In this document: positions 1-8,662 of the stretch, piece by piece
Position numbering within the stretch: the first letter of the stretch is position 1
How the letters are laid out: each line of letters starts with the position of its first letter
Assembly (NCBI GenBank): GCA_046726415.1
Contig: JBKPAK010000024.1
Location: 1-64,000, forward strand
Direction: 5' to 3'
Length of the DNA stretch: 64,000 nucleotides
Source of the DNA: Candidatus Methylomirabilota bacterium
GTDB taxonomy: Bacteria > Methylomirabilota > Methylomirabilia > Rokubacteriales > CSP1-6
Notes under the pieces: generated by a model
Told to the model about the DNA's origin: nothing
Databases searched by the model: none
Seen by the model: only the letters and a program-made list of their open reading frames with translations
Position numbers and translations under genes: made by a program

Positions 1-24
1 GGCAAGGTCGTCATCACGCCTTGA
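1..24 (+). CDS. 3' end of an upstream gene, possibly a zinc-binding dehydrogenase/quinone oxidoreductase
   Basis: Reads GKVVITP-stop, a typical C-terminus of MDR-family proteins; only 7 codons are visible. Confidence 0.35.
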   Translation, partial: GKVVITP

Positions 25-70
25 GGGGCGGCGGAGATCGTGGAGTGATTCGATTCGACGGGAGGGCACG

Positions 71-706
71 ATGGCAACGGAGCAACCGGTTCGTCGCGTC
101 GCCGTGGCGCTGTTCGATGGTTTCACCGTTCTCGACGTCTACGGGCCAGTACAAGCCTTCGCGAGCTGTCGAGTGATGCAGCCCGACGGAACACCGCATC
201 GGCTCTACCAGATCGTCACCATCGGCGAACATCCCGGCCCGGTCCCGGCCGGCGAGGGCACGGCCACAGTCGCGGCGCACGCCTTCGCCGAGGCGCCGCC
301 GTACGACATCCTCCTGATCCCGGGGGGCTTTGGCACGCGCCGCGCGGTGAACGACCAGAGCTTTCTGAAACAGCTCGCCGCGGCGAGCGAGCGGGCCACG
401 GTGACCACTACCGTCTGCACGGGCTCGGCCCTGCTCGCGCGCACGGGCTTGCTCGACGGGCGGCCCGCCACCAGCAACAAGCTCGCATGGGATTGGGTGG
501 TCCAGCAGGGGCCACGCGTGCGCTGGCAGCGCCGGGCCCGCTGGGTGGACGACGGCAACGTGCTGACGTCGTCCGGCGTGTCGGCGGGCATCGACATGGC
601 TCTGAGCCTGGTGGAGCGCCTGAACGGCCGTGAGATGGCCATCACCTCGGCGCGCAACATGGAATACGTGTGGAACCTCGATCCCGCGAACGACCCATTC
701 GCCTGA
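71..706 (+). CDS. DJ-1/PfpI family protein
   Basis: LDVYGP, LLIPGG, SVCTG-like TVCTGS nucleophile, TSSGVSAGIDM; RBS GGAGG upstream. Confidence 0.93.
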   Translation: MATEQPVRRVAVALFDGFTVLDVYGPVQAFASCRVMQPDGTPHRLYQIVTIGEHPGPVPAGEGTATVAAHAFAEAPPYDILLIPGGFGTRRAVNDQSFLKQLAAASERATVTTTVCTGSALLARTGLLDGRPATSNKLAWDWVVQQGPRVRWQRRARWVDDGNVLTSSGVSAGIDMALSLVERLNGREMAITSARNMEYVWNLDPANDPFA

Positions 707-761
707 GCGGCGAACCCGCGTGGGTTGCCACCGACAGCGAGGACGATCACCGGCGGCGTGC

Positions 762-1199
762 TCACGGCGTCCGGGCGATGAGGCGCTTCTGGAAGAAGTG
801 GTGGCGGTGCCCGGTCGGATGGTCTTCCAGGACCCCGAAGCTCTCGTAGCCGAGCTTTGGATAGAAGCCCGGGGCCTGAAAGCTGAACGTCGTCAGCCAC
901 GCGCGCGTACAGCCGCGCTCGACAGCGTAGCCCTCCGCGGCCTCGAGAAGCTGCCTGCCGTATCCCCGGCCGCGCAGGGGCTCGGCGACCCACAGGAACG
1001 CCACGTGCAGCCAATCACCCCAGAGAGCGCCGAGGAGACCGCCGAGCACCTCGTCGTACTCGTCGCGCAGGAAGATCGAGACGGCGTGGTACTCAGCGAA
1101 TCCCGTGACGGCGACATTGAAGGTGTCGAGATGGTCCCGCACGTGCTGCCGGAGACTCTCCGAAGCGTGCGGCTCGATACTGATACGGAGCGTGCTCAT
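762..1199 (-). CDS. GNAT family N-acetyltransferase
   Basis: LWV..LRGRGYGRQLL acetyl-CoA motif and TFSFQAPGFY; start MSTLRI overlaps the stop of the upstream gene (ATGA). Confidence 0.92.
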   Translation of the reverse strand: MSTLRISIEPHASESLRQHVRDHLDTFNVAVTGFAEYHAVSIFLRDEYDEVLGGLLGALWGDWLHVAFLWVAEPLRGRGYGRQLLEAAEGYAVERGCTRAWLTTFSFQAPGFYPKLGYESFGVLEDHPTGHRHHFFQKRLIARTP

Positions 1200-1834
1200 G
1201 GCCGAGCGCTCAAATCTACCTCCGGAGTGTAGCCCGCCGCGATGGCCCTCACCGTCGAAACGGGCGTGAGCACCGTCGCGCCAGCCAGGCTCAGCTTCGC
1301 CTCGGGATCGCCGTAGCCCTCGGGCGACCATGGCCAGAGCGCGCCACGCCAGATGAGCAGCGGGATCTCATGCGGTCCTCGCGCAACGAATACCCCGTCG
1401 GGGATGCTTCCGACCTCGGCGAGAAATGTCCGCTGGCGACCTTCGGAGGTCAGCCGATCTCGGTGCATTTCTCGATCGATGGCCCCGATCGACACGTCGG
1501 CGGCGAGACCCCGCTCCGGGTTTCCGGCGAGCCAGGCCGCCTTGAACCGCCGGTAGTCGTCGCGGCGGCACTCGCTGCAGGGCCGATGGCCAGCGGCGAG
1601 TGCGGTGGCCTCGTCGAGGAAGAACAATTCGGTATAGCGGCCCGGAGCCATCACGCTCCGCCGGCGGCCCTTGAAGGCGAGGAGACACGTGACCCAGGCG
1701 CGAGAGCTCGAGATCTGACGGCGGATGACCTGGCTGGTCGCGTCGTGGAGCCGCCCGCGATTGCCCATCAGGGCGCCGCGGGCCGTCACCGCGATGACAT
1801 CGCCGCGGGGGGTGACGCGATTCTGCCGAGGCAT
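1196..1834 (-). CDS. conserved hypothetical protein with Cys/His metal-binding motif (Ada-like GHRPCxxC)
   Basis: MPRQNRVTP..LMGNRGRLH..YTELFFLDEATALAAGHRPCSECRR. Confidence 0.8.
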   Translation of the reverse strand: MPRQNRVTPRGDVIAVTARGALMGNRGRLHDATSQVIRRQISSSRAWVTCLLAFKGRRRSVMAPGRYTELFFLDEATALAAGHRPCSECRRDDYRRFKAAWLAGNPERGLAADVSIGAIDREMHRDRLTSEGRQRTFLAEVGSIPDGVFVARGPHEIPLLIWRGALWPWSPEGYGDPEAKLSLAGATVLTPVSTVRAIAAGYTPEVDLSARP

Positions 1835-1879
1835 GGCACGTGGGGCTCGAGGGGAGGAACCCGTCCTATTTCGGCCGGC

Positions 1880-1975
1880 GGCGAGCGCATTGCGGACCGA
1901 CAACCCAGGGAACCGGCTGAAGTCCCGATCCACCGCCCACAGCTCGCTGAACCCCTGGAGCCATATCGCCATCAA
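1880..1975 (-). pseudogene. C-terminal remnant of a PIN-domain (VapC-like) toxin
   Basis: GFSELWAVDRDFSRFPGLSVRNAL resembles the VapC C-terminal LWTxDRDFxRFPGLxVxNPL motif; no N-terminal part present. Confidence 0.6.
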
Positions 1976-1984
1976 TATTGTCGC

Positions 1985-3487
1985 TCACGGTGTCCACGCG
2001 TGCCGATCGACGTCGGGCTCGTCGGTAGGCGGCTCGTAGTGGCGGACCTGGAGGTCGAGGACCTCCTCCCGCGCGTCGGAGAGATCTCGGCCGGATGCCC
2101 CGCGCGCCCGCAGGCGCACGCGCAGCACCTCCTCCGGAGCGTCACACCATGCCACGCGGAATGCCACACCGCGCCTCGCCGCGAGGGCTCGCGCCGCCTC
2201 GCGCTCGGCGCGGCGGCCGAAGACGCCGTCGAGCACCACGCTCCAGCCGGCGTGCAGGAGCTCGTCGGCGAGGTCCAGACAGGTCGCGTACGTCCGTTTG
2301 GTCATCTCCTCGGTATACAAGCCCTCTCCCAGGCCGCCGGGGGGGCGCTGGTGCCAGGGCACACCGGCCAGCTGCTTGCGGACGGCGTCGGTGCGCACCA
2401 CAATCGCCTTCGCCGCGTGGGAGATCTCGCGCGCGACCGTCGACTTGCCGCTGGCGCTGAGCCCCGTCATGACCGTCAACGACGGAGCTCCCCGCGGGCG
2501 CGCGTAAGAGACGGCCAGGTCGAAGTAGCCTCGCGCCCGCGCCACGAGCCGGGCGTGCTCTGTGCGCTCGGCGTCCATCACCTGGAGGCCGTAGACCTTC
2601 CCGCGCACCCACGCCCGGTAGACCCGATAGAAGTCCAGCAGCGGCACGGCGCCATAGTCACCGCTGGCATCGAGATAGGCGTTGACGAAGTCGAGGGCGA
2701 GGTCCGGCTGCCGGAGGCTGTCGAGATCCATGGCCAGGAAGGCGATCTCGCCGGCCGTGTCGCCGTACCGGAAGCGGTGATTGAACTCGATGCAGTCGAA
2801 CACCTGGATTGGATCGGTGCAGCAGACGTGCTGGGCCTGAAGGTCTCCGTGACAGTCGCGGATGCGCCCGGCGCGCACGCGCTCGGCGAAGCGCCGCCGC
2901 TGACCGCGCAACGTTTGGCGCAGAAAGGCCCCCACCGTCTCACGCGTCTCGGCCGGGAGCGCCTCTGGCGAAAAGCGCGCCGTCTGCGCCATGTTCTCCT
3001 CGGCGTTGCGGCGGATCACCTCCACGCGCCCGAAGCGCGCGATGGCCGGTCCGGTCGCCGCCCTTCCGTGAAAGTCGGCGATGGTGCGACCGATGTCCTC
3101 CATCAGTCTCTGATCGGCCCCTCCCGCCGCGATCAAGTGGTCGAGCATGCGGTCGGCCGGCAGCCGTCGCATCCACACGGCAACCTCGTGCGTGCGCCCC
3201 TCGCCGCCGAGGCGATATGTGCCCCCGCTGCGGGTCACTGCGACCACGTCGAGATAGGCGTTGGGGGCCAGACGTTGGTTCAGCGTCACCTCCTCGCGAC
3301 AGAAGTGGCGGCGCCGGGCCAGCGTTCGGAAGTCGAGGAAGCCGAGACTCGCGGGCTTCTTGACCTTGTAGACGTACTCGCCGGCCAGAAAGACCCATGA
3401 GATATGCGTCTCGACCCGCTCCACCGAGGCCGGGCGGTGGTGGTAGAACGCAGGATCGGCAAACGGGCGGACGCGTGCGGGAAGCAT
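1985..3487 (-). CDS. aminoglycoside-phosphotransferase-like kinase fused to AAA_33 P-loop kinase
   Basis: ETHISWVFL..YKVKKP, RDCHGDL, FDCIEFN; C-terminal P-loop GLSASGKST. Confidence 0.92.
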   Translation of the reverse strand: MLPARVRPFADPAFYHHRPASVERVETHISWVFLAGEYVYKVKKPASLGFLDFRTLARRRHFCREEVTLNQRLAPNAYLDVVAVTRSGGTYRLGGEGRTHEVAVWMRRLPADRMLDHLIAAGGADQRLMEDIGRTIADFHGRAATGPAIARFGRVEVIRRNAEENMAQTARFSPEALPAETRETVGAFLRQTLRGQRRRFAERVRAGRIRDCHGDLQAQHVCCTDPIQVFDCIEFNHRFRYGDTAGEIAFLAMDLDSLRQPDLALDFVNAYLDASGDYGAVPLLDFYRVYRAWVRGKVYGLQVMDAERTEHARLVARARGYFDLAVSYARPRGAPSLTVMTGLSASGKSTVAREISHAAKAIVVRTDAVRKQLAGVPWHQRPPGGLGEGLYTEEMTKRTYATCLDLADELLHAGWSVVLDGVFGRRAEREAARALAARRGVAFRVAWCDAPEEVLRVRLRARGASGRDLSDAREEVLDLQVRHYEPPTDEPDVDRHAWTP

Positions 3488-3558
3488 GCTCACGCGTGGT
3501 ATCGTAGCGCGGCTTGCCGGAGTCTCCGGCCGGCCACCGAGCGCGTCGGAGGTGCCCG

Positions 3559-3861
3559 ATGACCAAGCGCGAGCGCGTGATGGCCGCTCTACGGGGCCAC
3601 GAGATCGATCGCGTCCCGCTGAGCTTCTGGCTGGGCAACTTCGCCACCGGAAACTCGGCGAAGGACCTGGCCGCCGAGACCCTGCGCCTCGCCCGGACCT
3701 TCGACTGGGATTTCCTGAAGCCGCAGTCGCGCGCCCAGTGCTTCGCCGAGATGTGGGGCCTGGGCTACCGGCCTTCCGGCGAGCGCGCCACACTCCCTGC
3801 GGAGCTCGTAGGGGCGAGCGGGGCCGGGCGCACTGCTGTCCGACAGGGAGGTTCAACATGA
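3559..3861 (+). pseudogene. truncated uroporphyrinogen-decarboxylase-family gene (N-terminal ~80 aa only)
   Basis: MTKRERVMAALRGHEIDRVPLSFW..DWDFLK is a URO-D-family N-terminus; the ORF ends after 100 aa versus ~330 expected. Confidence 0.7.
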
Positions 3862-5402
3862 TCGTTCCGCTGACTCTCGCCGACTTCCTCGAGCGCGCCG
3901 AGCTGGTGTACGGAGACCGGGAGGCCGTCGCCGACGAGCCGAATCCGCCTGGCGGAGGCCTGGGTCGCATCACCTACGCGCAGTTCGCCGCGATGGCGCG
4001 AAGCCTGGCGGCAGCCCTCGATGATCTGGGCGTGGGAGCCGGCGAGCGCGTGGCCATCGTGTCCCCGAACGCGGCGCGCTTTCTCATCAGCCTCTTCGGG
4101 GTGAGCGTGTTCGGACGCGTGCTCGTCCCGGTCAATTTCCGCCTCAGGGCGGACGAGATCGACTATATCCTCGAGCACTCGGGCGCGGGCGCGATGCTTG
4201 TCGATCCTGAGCTGGATGAGCCGCTCCGCCACCTGAGAATCAAGCACCGGCTCGTCCTGGGCGCCGCGACGGACGGCGTCCTGTTCGGCCGTACCAACGC
4301 CCGACCCCGGCACACCGTGACCGACGAGAACGCCACCGTCTCCATCAACTACACCTCGGGCACCACGGCACGACCGAAGGGAGTTCAGCTCACCCATCGC
4401 GGCTGCTGGCTCAACGCCGTGGCCTTCGGCTGGCACGTGGGGGTGAGCGACCGCGACGTCTACCTACACACCTTGCCGACCTTCCACTGCAACGGCTGGG
4501 GCATGCCCTACGCGCTGACCGCCATGGGCGCCCGCCAGGTGATCATCCGCAAGATCGACGGCGACGAGATCCTGCGGCGGACCGAGGCCGAGAAGGTCAC
4601 GCTCCTCAACTGCGCCCCCGCGGTGATCGCCGCCGTGCTCGAGGCCGCTGCCGCGTGGCGCCAGCGCGGGGCGCCGACGCCAGGCCGAGGGCGCGTGCGC
4701 GTCGTGGTGGCCGGGGCGCCGCCGCCGTCGAAGACCATCGAGCGGGTGGAGGCCGAGCTCGGCTGGGAATTCATTCAGATCTACGGGCTCACCGAGACCT
4801 CGCCCCTGCTCACCATCAACCGGGCGCCCCAGGAATGGGACGGCCTGGCCCCCGACGAGCGCGCTCGGCGTCTGTCGCGTGCCGGCGTGCCCGGTGTCGG
4901 CGTCCGCATGGCGGTGGACGCCGAGGGCGAGATCCTCGCGTGCTCCAACCACGTCTTCACAGGCTACTGGAACCAACCCGCGGAAACGGCCGAGGCGCTG
5001 GCGGACGGATGGTTTCACACGGGCGACGGCGGACATTTGGAGGGCTCCTACGTCGTGATCTCCGACCGCAAGAAGGACGTGATCATCACCGGCGGCGAGA
5101 ACGTCTCGTCCATCGAGGTGGAGGACTGCCTCTATCAGCACCCGGCGGTGGCGGAGGCCGCAGTCATCGGGGTCCCCGACGACAAGTGGGGCGAGACGGT
5201 CAAGGCTCTGGTGACGCTGCGCCCTGGCTCACAGATCACCGAGGCTGAGCTGATGGCCTTCTGCCGCTCGCGCCTGGCCCATTTCAAGTGCCCCACGTCC
5301 GTGGAGCTGTGCACCGTCCTCCCGCGCACGGCGACGGGCAAGCTGCAAAAATTCAAGCTCCGCGAGCCGTACTGGGAGGGTCGAACCCGCCGGGTCAACT
5401 GA
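3858..5402 (+). CDS. acyl-CoA synthetase (AMP-binding, fatty-acid-CoA ligase family)
   Basis: YTSGTTARPKG, YGLTET, HTGD, GGENV, TGKLQK; RBS GGGAGG. Confidence 0.95.
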   Translation: MIVPLTLADFLERAELVYGDREAVADEPNPPGGGLGRITYAQFAAMARSLAAALDDLGVGAGERVAIVSPNAARFLISLFGVSVFGRVLVPVNFRLRADEIDYILEHSGAGAMLVDPELDEPLRHLRIKHRLVLGAATDGVLFGRTNARPRHTVTDENATVSINYTSGTTARPKGVQLTHRGCWLNAVAFGWHVGVSDRDVYLHTLPTFHCNGWGMPYALTAMGARQVIIRKIDGDEILRRTEAEKVTLLNCAPAVIAAVLEAAAAWRQRGAPTPGRGRVRVVVAGAPPPSKTIERVEAELGWEFIQIYGLTETSPLLTINRAPQEWDGLAPDERARRLSRAGVPGVGVRMAVDAEGEILACSNHVFTGYWNQPAETAEALADGWFHTGDGGHLEGSYVVISDRKKDVIITGGENVSSIEVEDCLYQHPAVAEAAVIGVPDDKWGETVKALVTLRPGSQITEAELMAFCRSRLAHFKCPTSVELCTVLPRTATGKLQKFKLREPYWEGRTRRVN

Positions 5403-5420
5403 CGTCGGGCTGGGCGTCAT

Positions 5421-5696
5421 GTGAGCCGAGCCGTGGCCGCCGCCGTTATTCTCTGGCGCCGGCTCGATAGCCCGGGCCACGATGCCTGTCGGCTGGAGCG
5501 TCGCGCTGACGGTTGGCAGATTGACGGCACGGCCGTCTTCCGCGACGGTGGCGGGCTTGCGCGGATCGACTATCAGGTCACCTGCGATTCCCAATGGGTG
5601 ACTCAGCACGAGCATGGGGGGCGGAGCGCACTCTGTGGTGCGGGCGGCCAGAGGCTGGTGGACCCTCACCCTGGCCCTGCGCCGGTGGGTCGATGA
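5421..5696 (+). pseudogene. truncated/frameshifted putative glycolipid-binding-domain gene
   Basis: ILWRRLDSPGHDACRL..GTAVF..YQVTCDSQW matches the family N-terminus; similarity continues briefly in another frame ([10 protein letters not shown]) and then stops. Confidence 0.65.
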
Positions 5697-5763
5697 TGGG
5701 AGACCCGGCACGCGAGTAAGTGGCGATGGATGTTACGATCGACCTCGAACCGACCGACCTAAC

Positions 5764-7074
5764 GTGATAGACCATCTCGACCTCGCGCCCATCCGTGGTG
5801 TCACCGGCACGGTTCGTCTGCCCGGCTCGAAGAGCATGTCCAACCGGGCGCTGCTCCTCGCCTCCCTCGCGCAGGGCGACACGCGGGTGTGCGACCTCCT
5901 CGACTCAGACGACACCGGCTACATGCTCGCCGCCCTGGCGACCTTGGGCGTCGCTTGCGTTCCCCTGGAGGGCCGCGACTACCGGGTGGCCGGCATTGGC
6001 GGGGCGTTCCCCGTAAAATCGGCGGACCTGTTCCTCGGGAACGCCGGCACCGCAGTGCGGCCGCTCACTGCCGCGCTGGCGTTCTCAGGCGGGCACTACC
6101 GCCTCGCCGGCGTGCCGCGCATGCACGAGCGGCCGATTCGGGATCTCGTCGATTCGCTGCGGGACCTCGGGGCCGACATCGCGTACCTTGGTACGGAGGG
6201 ATTCCCGCCTCTCGAGATCCGGCCGGCCGCGCTCCCGAGGGACGTCGCCGCCCGCGTGCGCGGTGATGTGTCGAGCCAGTACGTCACGGCGCTGCTCATG
6301 GCGCTCCCCCTCGTCGGCGGCGGAACGATCGCCATCGACGGCGAGTTGGTGTCGAAGCCGTACGTCGAGATGACGGTGGCCCTGATGAGGCGCTTCGGCG
6401 TGGCGGTCACGCACGCCGGCTGGTCGCGCCTCACTGTTCCCGCCGCCCAGTACCGCTCCCCGGGCGAGATCTACGTCGAGGGAGACGCCTCGTCGGCCTC
6501 GTACTTTCTCGCCGCGGGCGCCATCAGTGGGATCCGGGGTGGAGGCGCGGTGCGCGTGGTGGGCGTCGGCCGCTCCAGCCTCCAGGGCGACGTGCGGTTC
6601 ACCGAGGTGCTCGAACGCATGGGTGCCACGGTGCGCTTCGGCGACAACTGGATCGAGGCGAGCGCGCCCGCCGGATCCCGGCTGACCGCGCTCGATGCGG
6701 ACCTGAATCATATCCCCGACGCCGCGATGACGGCGGTCATGCTCGCCCTGTTCGCCGAGGGAACGAGCGCGGTGCGCAACATCGGCAACTGGCGCGTGAA
6801 AGAGACGGACCGGCTGGCCGCCATGGCCACGGAGCTTCGCAAGCTCGGCGCCACGGTCGAGGAGGGAACCGATCAGATCCGGGTGACGCCGCCCGCCGCA
6901 TTCAGGGCGGCGAGCATTGACACGTACGGCGACCACCGCATGGCGATGTGCTTTTCGCTCGCCGCGCTGGGCGGCGTCCCCCTGCGCATCAACGATCCTC
7001 ACTGCGTGCGCAAGACCTTTCCCGAGTACTGGGACGAGTTCCTGCGCATGGCAGTACTCGATCGACCAGGGTGA
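5764..7074 (+). CDS. aroA: 3-phosphoshikimate 1-carboxyvinyltransferase (class I EPSP synthase)
   Basis: [48 protein letters not shown] start inferred. Confidence 0.97.
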   Translation: MIDHLDLAPIRGVTGTVRLPGSKSMSNRALLLASLAQGDTRVCDLLDSDDTGYMLAALATLGVACVPLEGRDYRVAGIGGAFPVKSADLFLGNAGTAVRPLTAALAFSGGHYRLAGVPRMHERPIRDLVDSLRDLGADIAYLGTEGFPPLEIRPAALPRDVAARVRGDVSSQYVTALLMALPLVGGGTIAIDGELVSKPYVEMTVALMRRFGVAVTHAGWSRLTVPAAQYRSPGEIYVEGDASSASYFLAAGAISGIRGGGAVRVVGVGRSSLQGDVRFTEVLERMGATVRFGDNWIEASAPAGSRLTALDADLNHIPDAAMTAVMLALFAEGTSAVRNIGNWRVKETDRLAAMATELRKLGATVEEGTDQIRVTPPAAFRAASIDTYGDHRMAMCFSLAALGGVPLRINDPHCVRKTFPEYWDEFLRMAVLDRPG

Positions 7075-7146
7075 GCGAGAGGCTCCAGGGGAAGCTCCAG
7101 GTGCGGGCCGCGTGGCCGGATCATGGGGTGATCCAGACAGGCTCTG

Positions 7147-8145
7147 GTGAACGACCCGAGGGGACTCGCGCTGAGGTATCGGCAGTTCGCCGAGACGGAG
7201 TGCCGGGGCTACTCCGACGCCTACTACCGGCTTGCCCTTGCCGTCGCCGAGGATGGCGACATCATTCGGTTCATCGCCGCGATGCCGGTGATCCAGCCGA
7301 ATCTCTTTTTCGCATCCGTTCAGTTCCTGACTGGGCCGGCCGGCATGCCGCGGACCGGTCCCGAGTTGAGGAGGTTCTTGAAGCGCCGCGGCGGAGAGGT
7401 CGGCGACGTGATGCGATCGCGCCGGACACAGACGAACGAGGTCGGGCGCTGTGCCGTGTTGCTCCCCGCCTTGCCTTCTGGGCCCCTGGCGCTTCTCGAA
7501 GTCGGGGCCAGCGCAGGTCTCTGTCTGCTGCTCGACCAGTTCTATTACGAATTCGGATCGGTTCCGATCGGGGTGGCGTCGTCGCCCGTCCGCGTGCGGT
7601 GCGCGCTGGCTGGTTCCGTTCCACTCCCCTCGGCGATGCCGGCGATTGTCTGGCGGCATGGCCTGGACCTTCATCCTATCGACGTGCGCGACGATGAGGC
7701 GATTCAGTGGCTGCTGGCCTGCGTGTGGCCCGATCATCCCGAGCGTCGGCGACGGCTCGAACGGGCAATCGAATTGGCCCGGGCCCGACCGCCCGCCGTG
7801 CGTGCGGGCGACCTGGTTGATGATCTTCCGGCCCTCCTGGCCGAGGTACCCGAAGACGCCCAGCTCGTCGTATTCCACTCGGCGGTCCTCGGTTACGTGA
7901 GTCCCCACCGCCGCCAGGCATTTGCCCGGGTGCTTGCCGATGCGTCGCAAGAGCGAGACGTGGTGTGGGTGTCGAATGAGGGGCCCGGCATTGTTCCCGA
8001 GGTCACGGCCCTGGCCCCTTCGTTTGGCGAGCTTCGCTTCCTGCTAGGACGCACGCGATTCACCAACGGGCGGCGATCCGACGAGCTCCTCGGCTTTGCC
8101 CACCCCCATGGGGCGGCACTGACATGGCATGACGGGGTTGGCTGA
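7147..8145 (+). CDS. DUF2332 family protein
   Basis: TQTNEVGR, LLEVGASAGL, WLLACVWPD, VFHSAVL. Confidence 0.88.
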   Translation: MNDPRGLALRYRQFAETECRGYSDAYYRLALAVAEDGDIIRFIAAMPVIQPNLFFASVQFLTGPAGMPRTGPELRRFLKRRGGEVGDVMRSRRTQTNEVGRCAVLLPALPSGPLALLEVGASAGLCLLLDQFYYEFGSVPIGVASSPVRVRCALAGSVPLPSAMPAIVWRHGLDLHPIDVRDDEAIQWLLACVWPDHPERRRRLERAIELARARPPAVRAGDLVDDLPALLAEVPEDAQLVVFHSAVLGYVSPHRRQAFARVLADASQERDVVWVSNEGPGIVPEVTALAPSFGELRFLLGRTRFTNGRRSDELLGFAHPHGAALTWHDGVG

Positions 8146-8215
8146 GGTCGCGGTCTAGAATCTCGGAGGACCGCGGGAGCGCGCCGCCCCGAGATCAGGC
8201 CGACCCGGCCGGGGG

Positions 8216-8593
8216 TCAGCGCGGCTTCAGCTCGATCACGTAGCCGTCGGGATCGCGCAAATAGAGCGACGGGCCGGTGCCATAGGCACCACGGCGCGTG
8301 ACAATCTCGCCTTCCAGACTCACCCCACGAGCGCGCAGCCCGGTCGCGACCTTTTCGAGATTGTCGCACTTGATGGACAGGCAGACGTGGTCCACGCCGC
8401 CGGCTCCGCGGGGCCGCTCCGCGGTGGCCGGCAACAGATCGATGTAGGCCTCGCCAAAGCGCAGATGGATGAGGGAAATCTTCTCGTTGATGTGCTCGAG
8501 TGTGCAGCCGAGCACGTCCGTGTAAAAGCGCTGCGAGGCCTGCTGATCGCGGACGACCAGCACCACGTGATCGAGTCCGAGCGCGGTGAACAT
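8216..8593 (-). CDS. VOC/glyoxalase family protein
   Basis: LDHVVLVV, DHVCL, SLYLRDPDGYVIELK. Confidence 0.92.
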   Translation of the reverse strand: MFTALGLDHVVLVVRDQQASQRFYTDVLGCTLEHINEKISLIHLRFGEAYIDLLPATAERPRGAGGVDHVCLSIKCDNLEKVATGLRARGVSLEGEIVTRRGAYGTGPSLYLRDPDGYVIELKPR

Positions 8594-8662
8594 GTTCGAC
8601 CTCCTCGCTCTTGCCGATGCTGCGGGAATCCGTCTCCGTCCCGCTCGTTCAGATGCGCCGCC

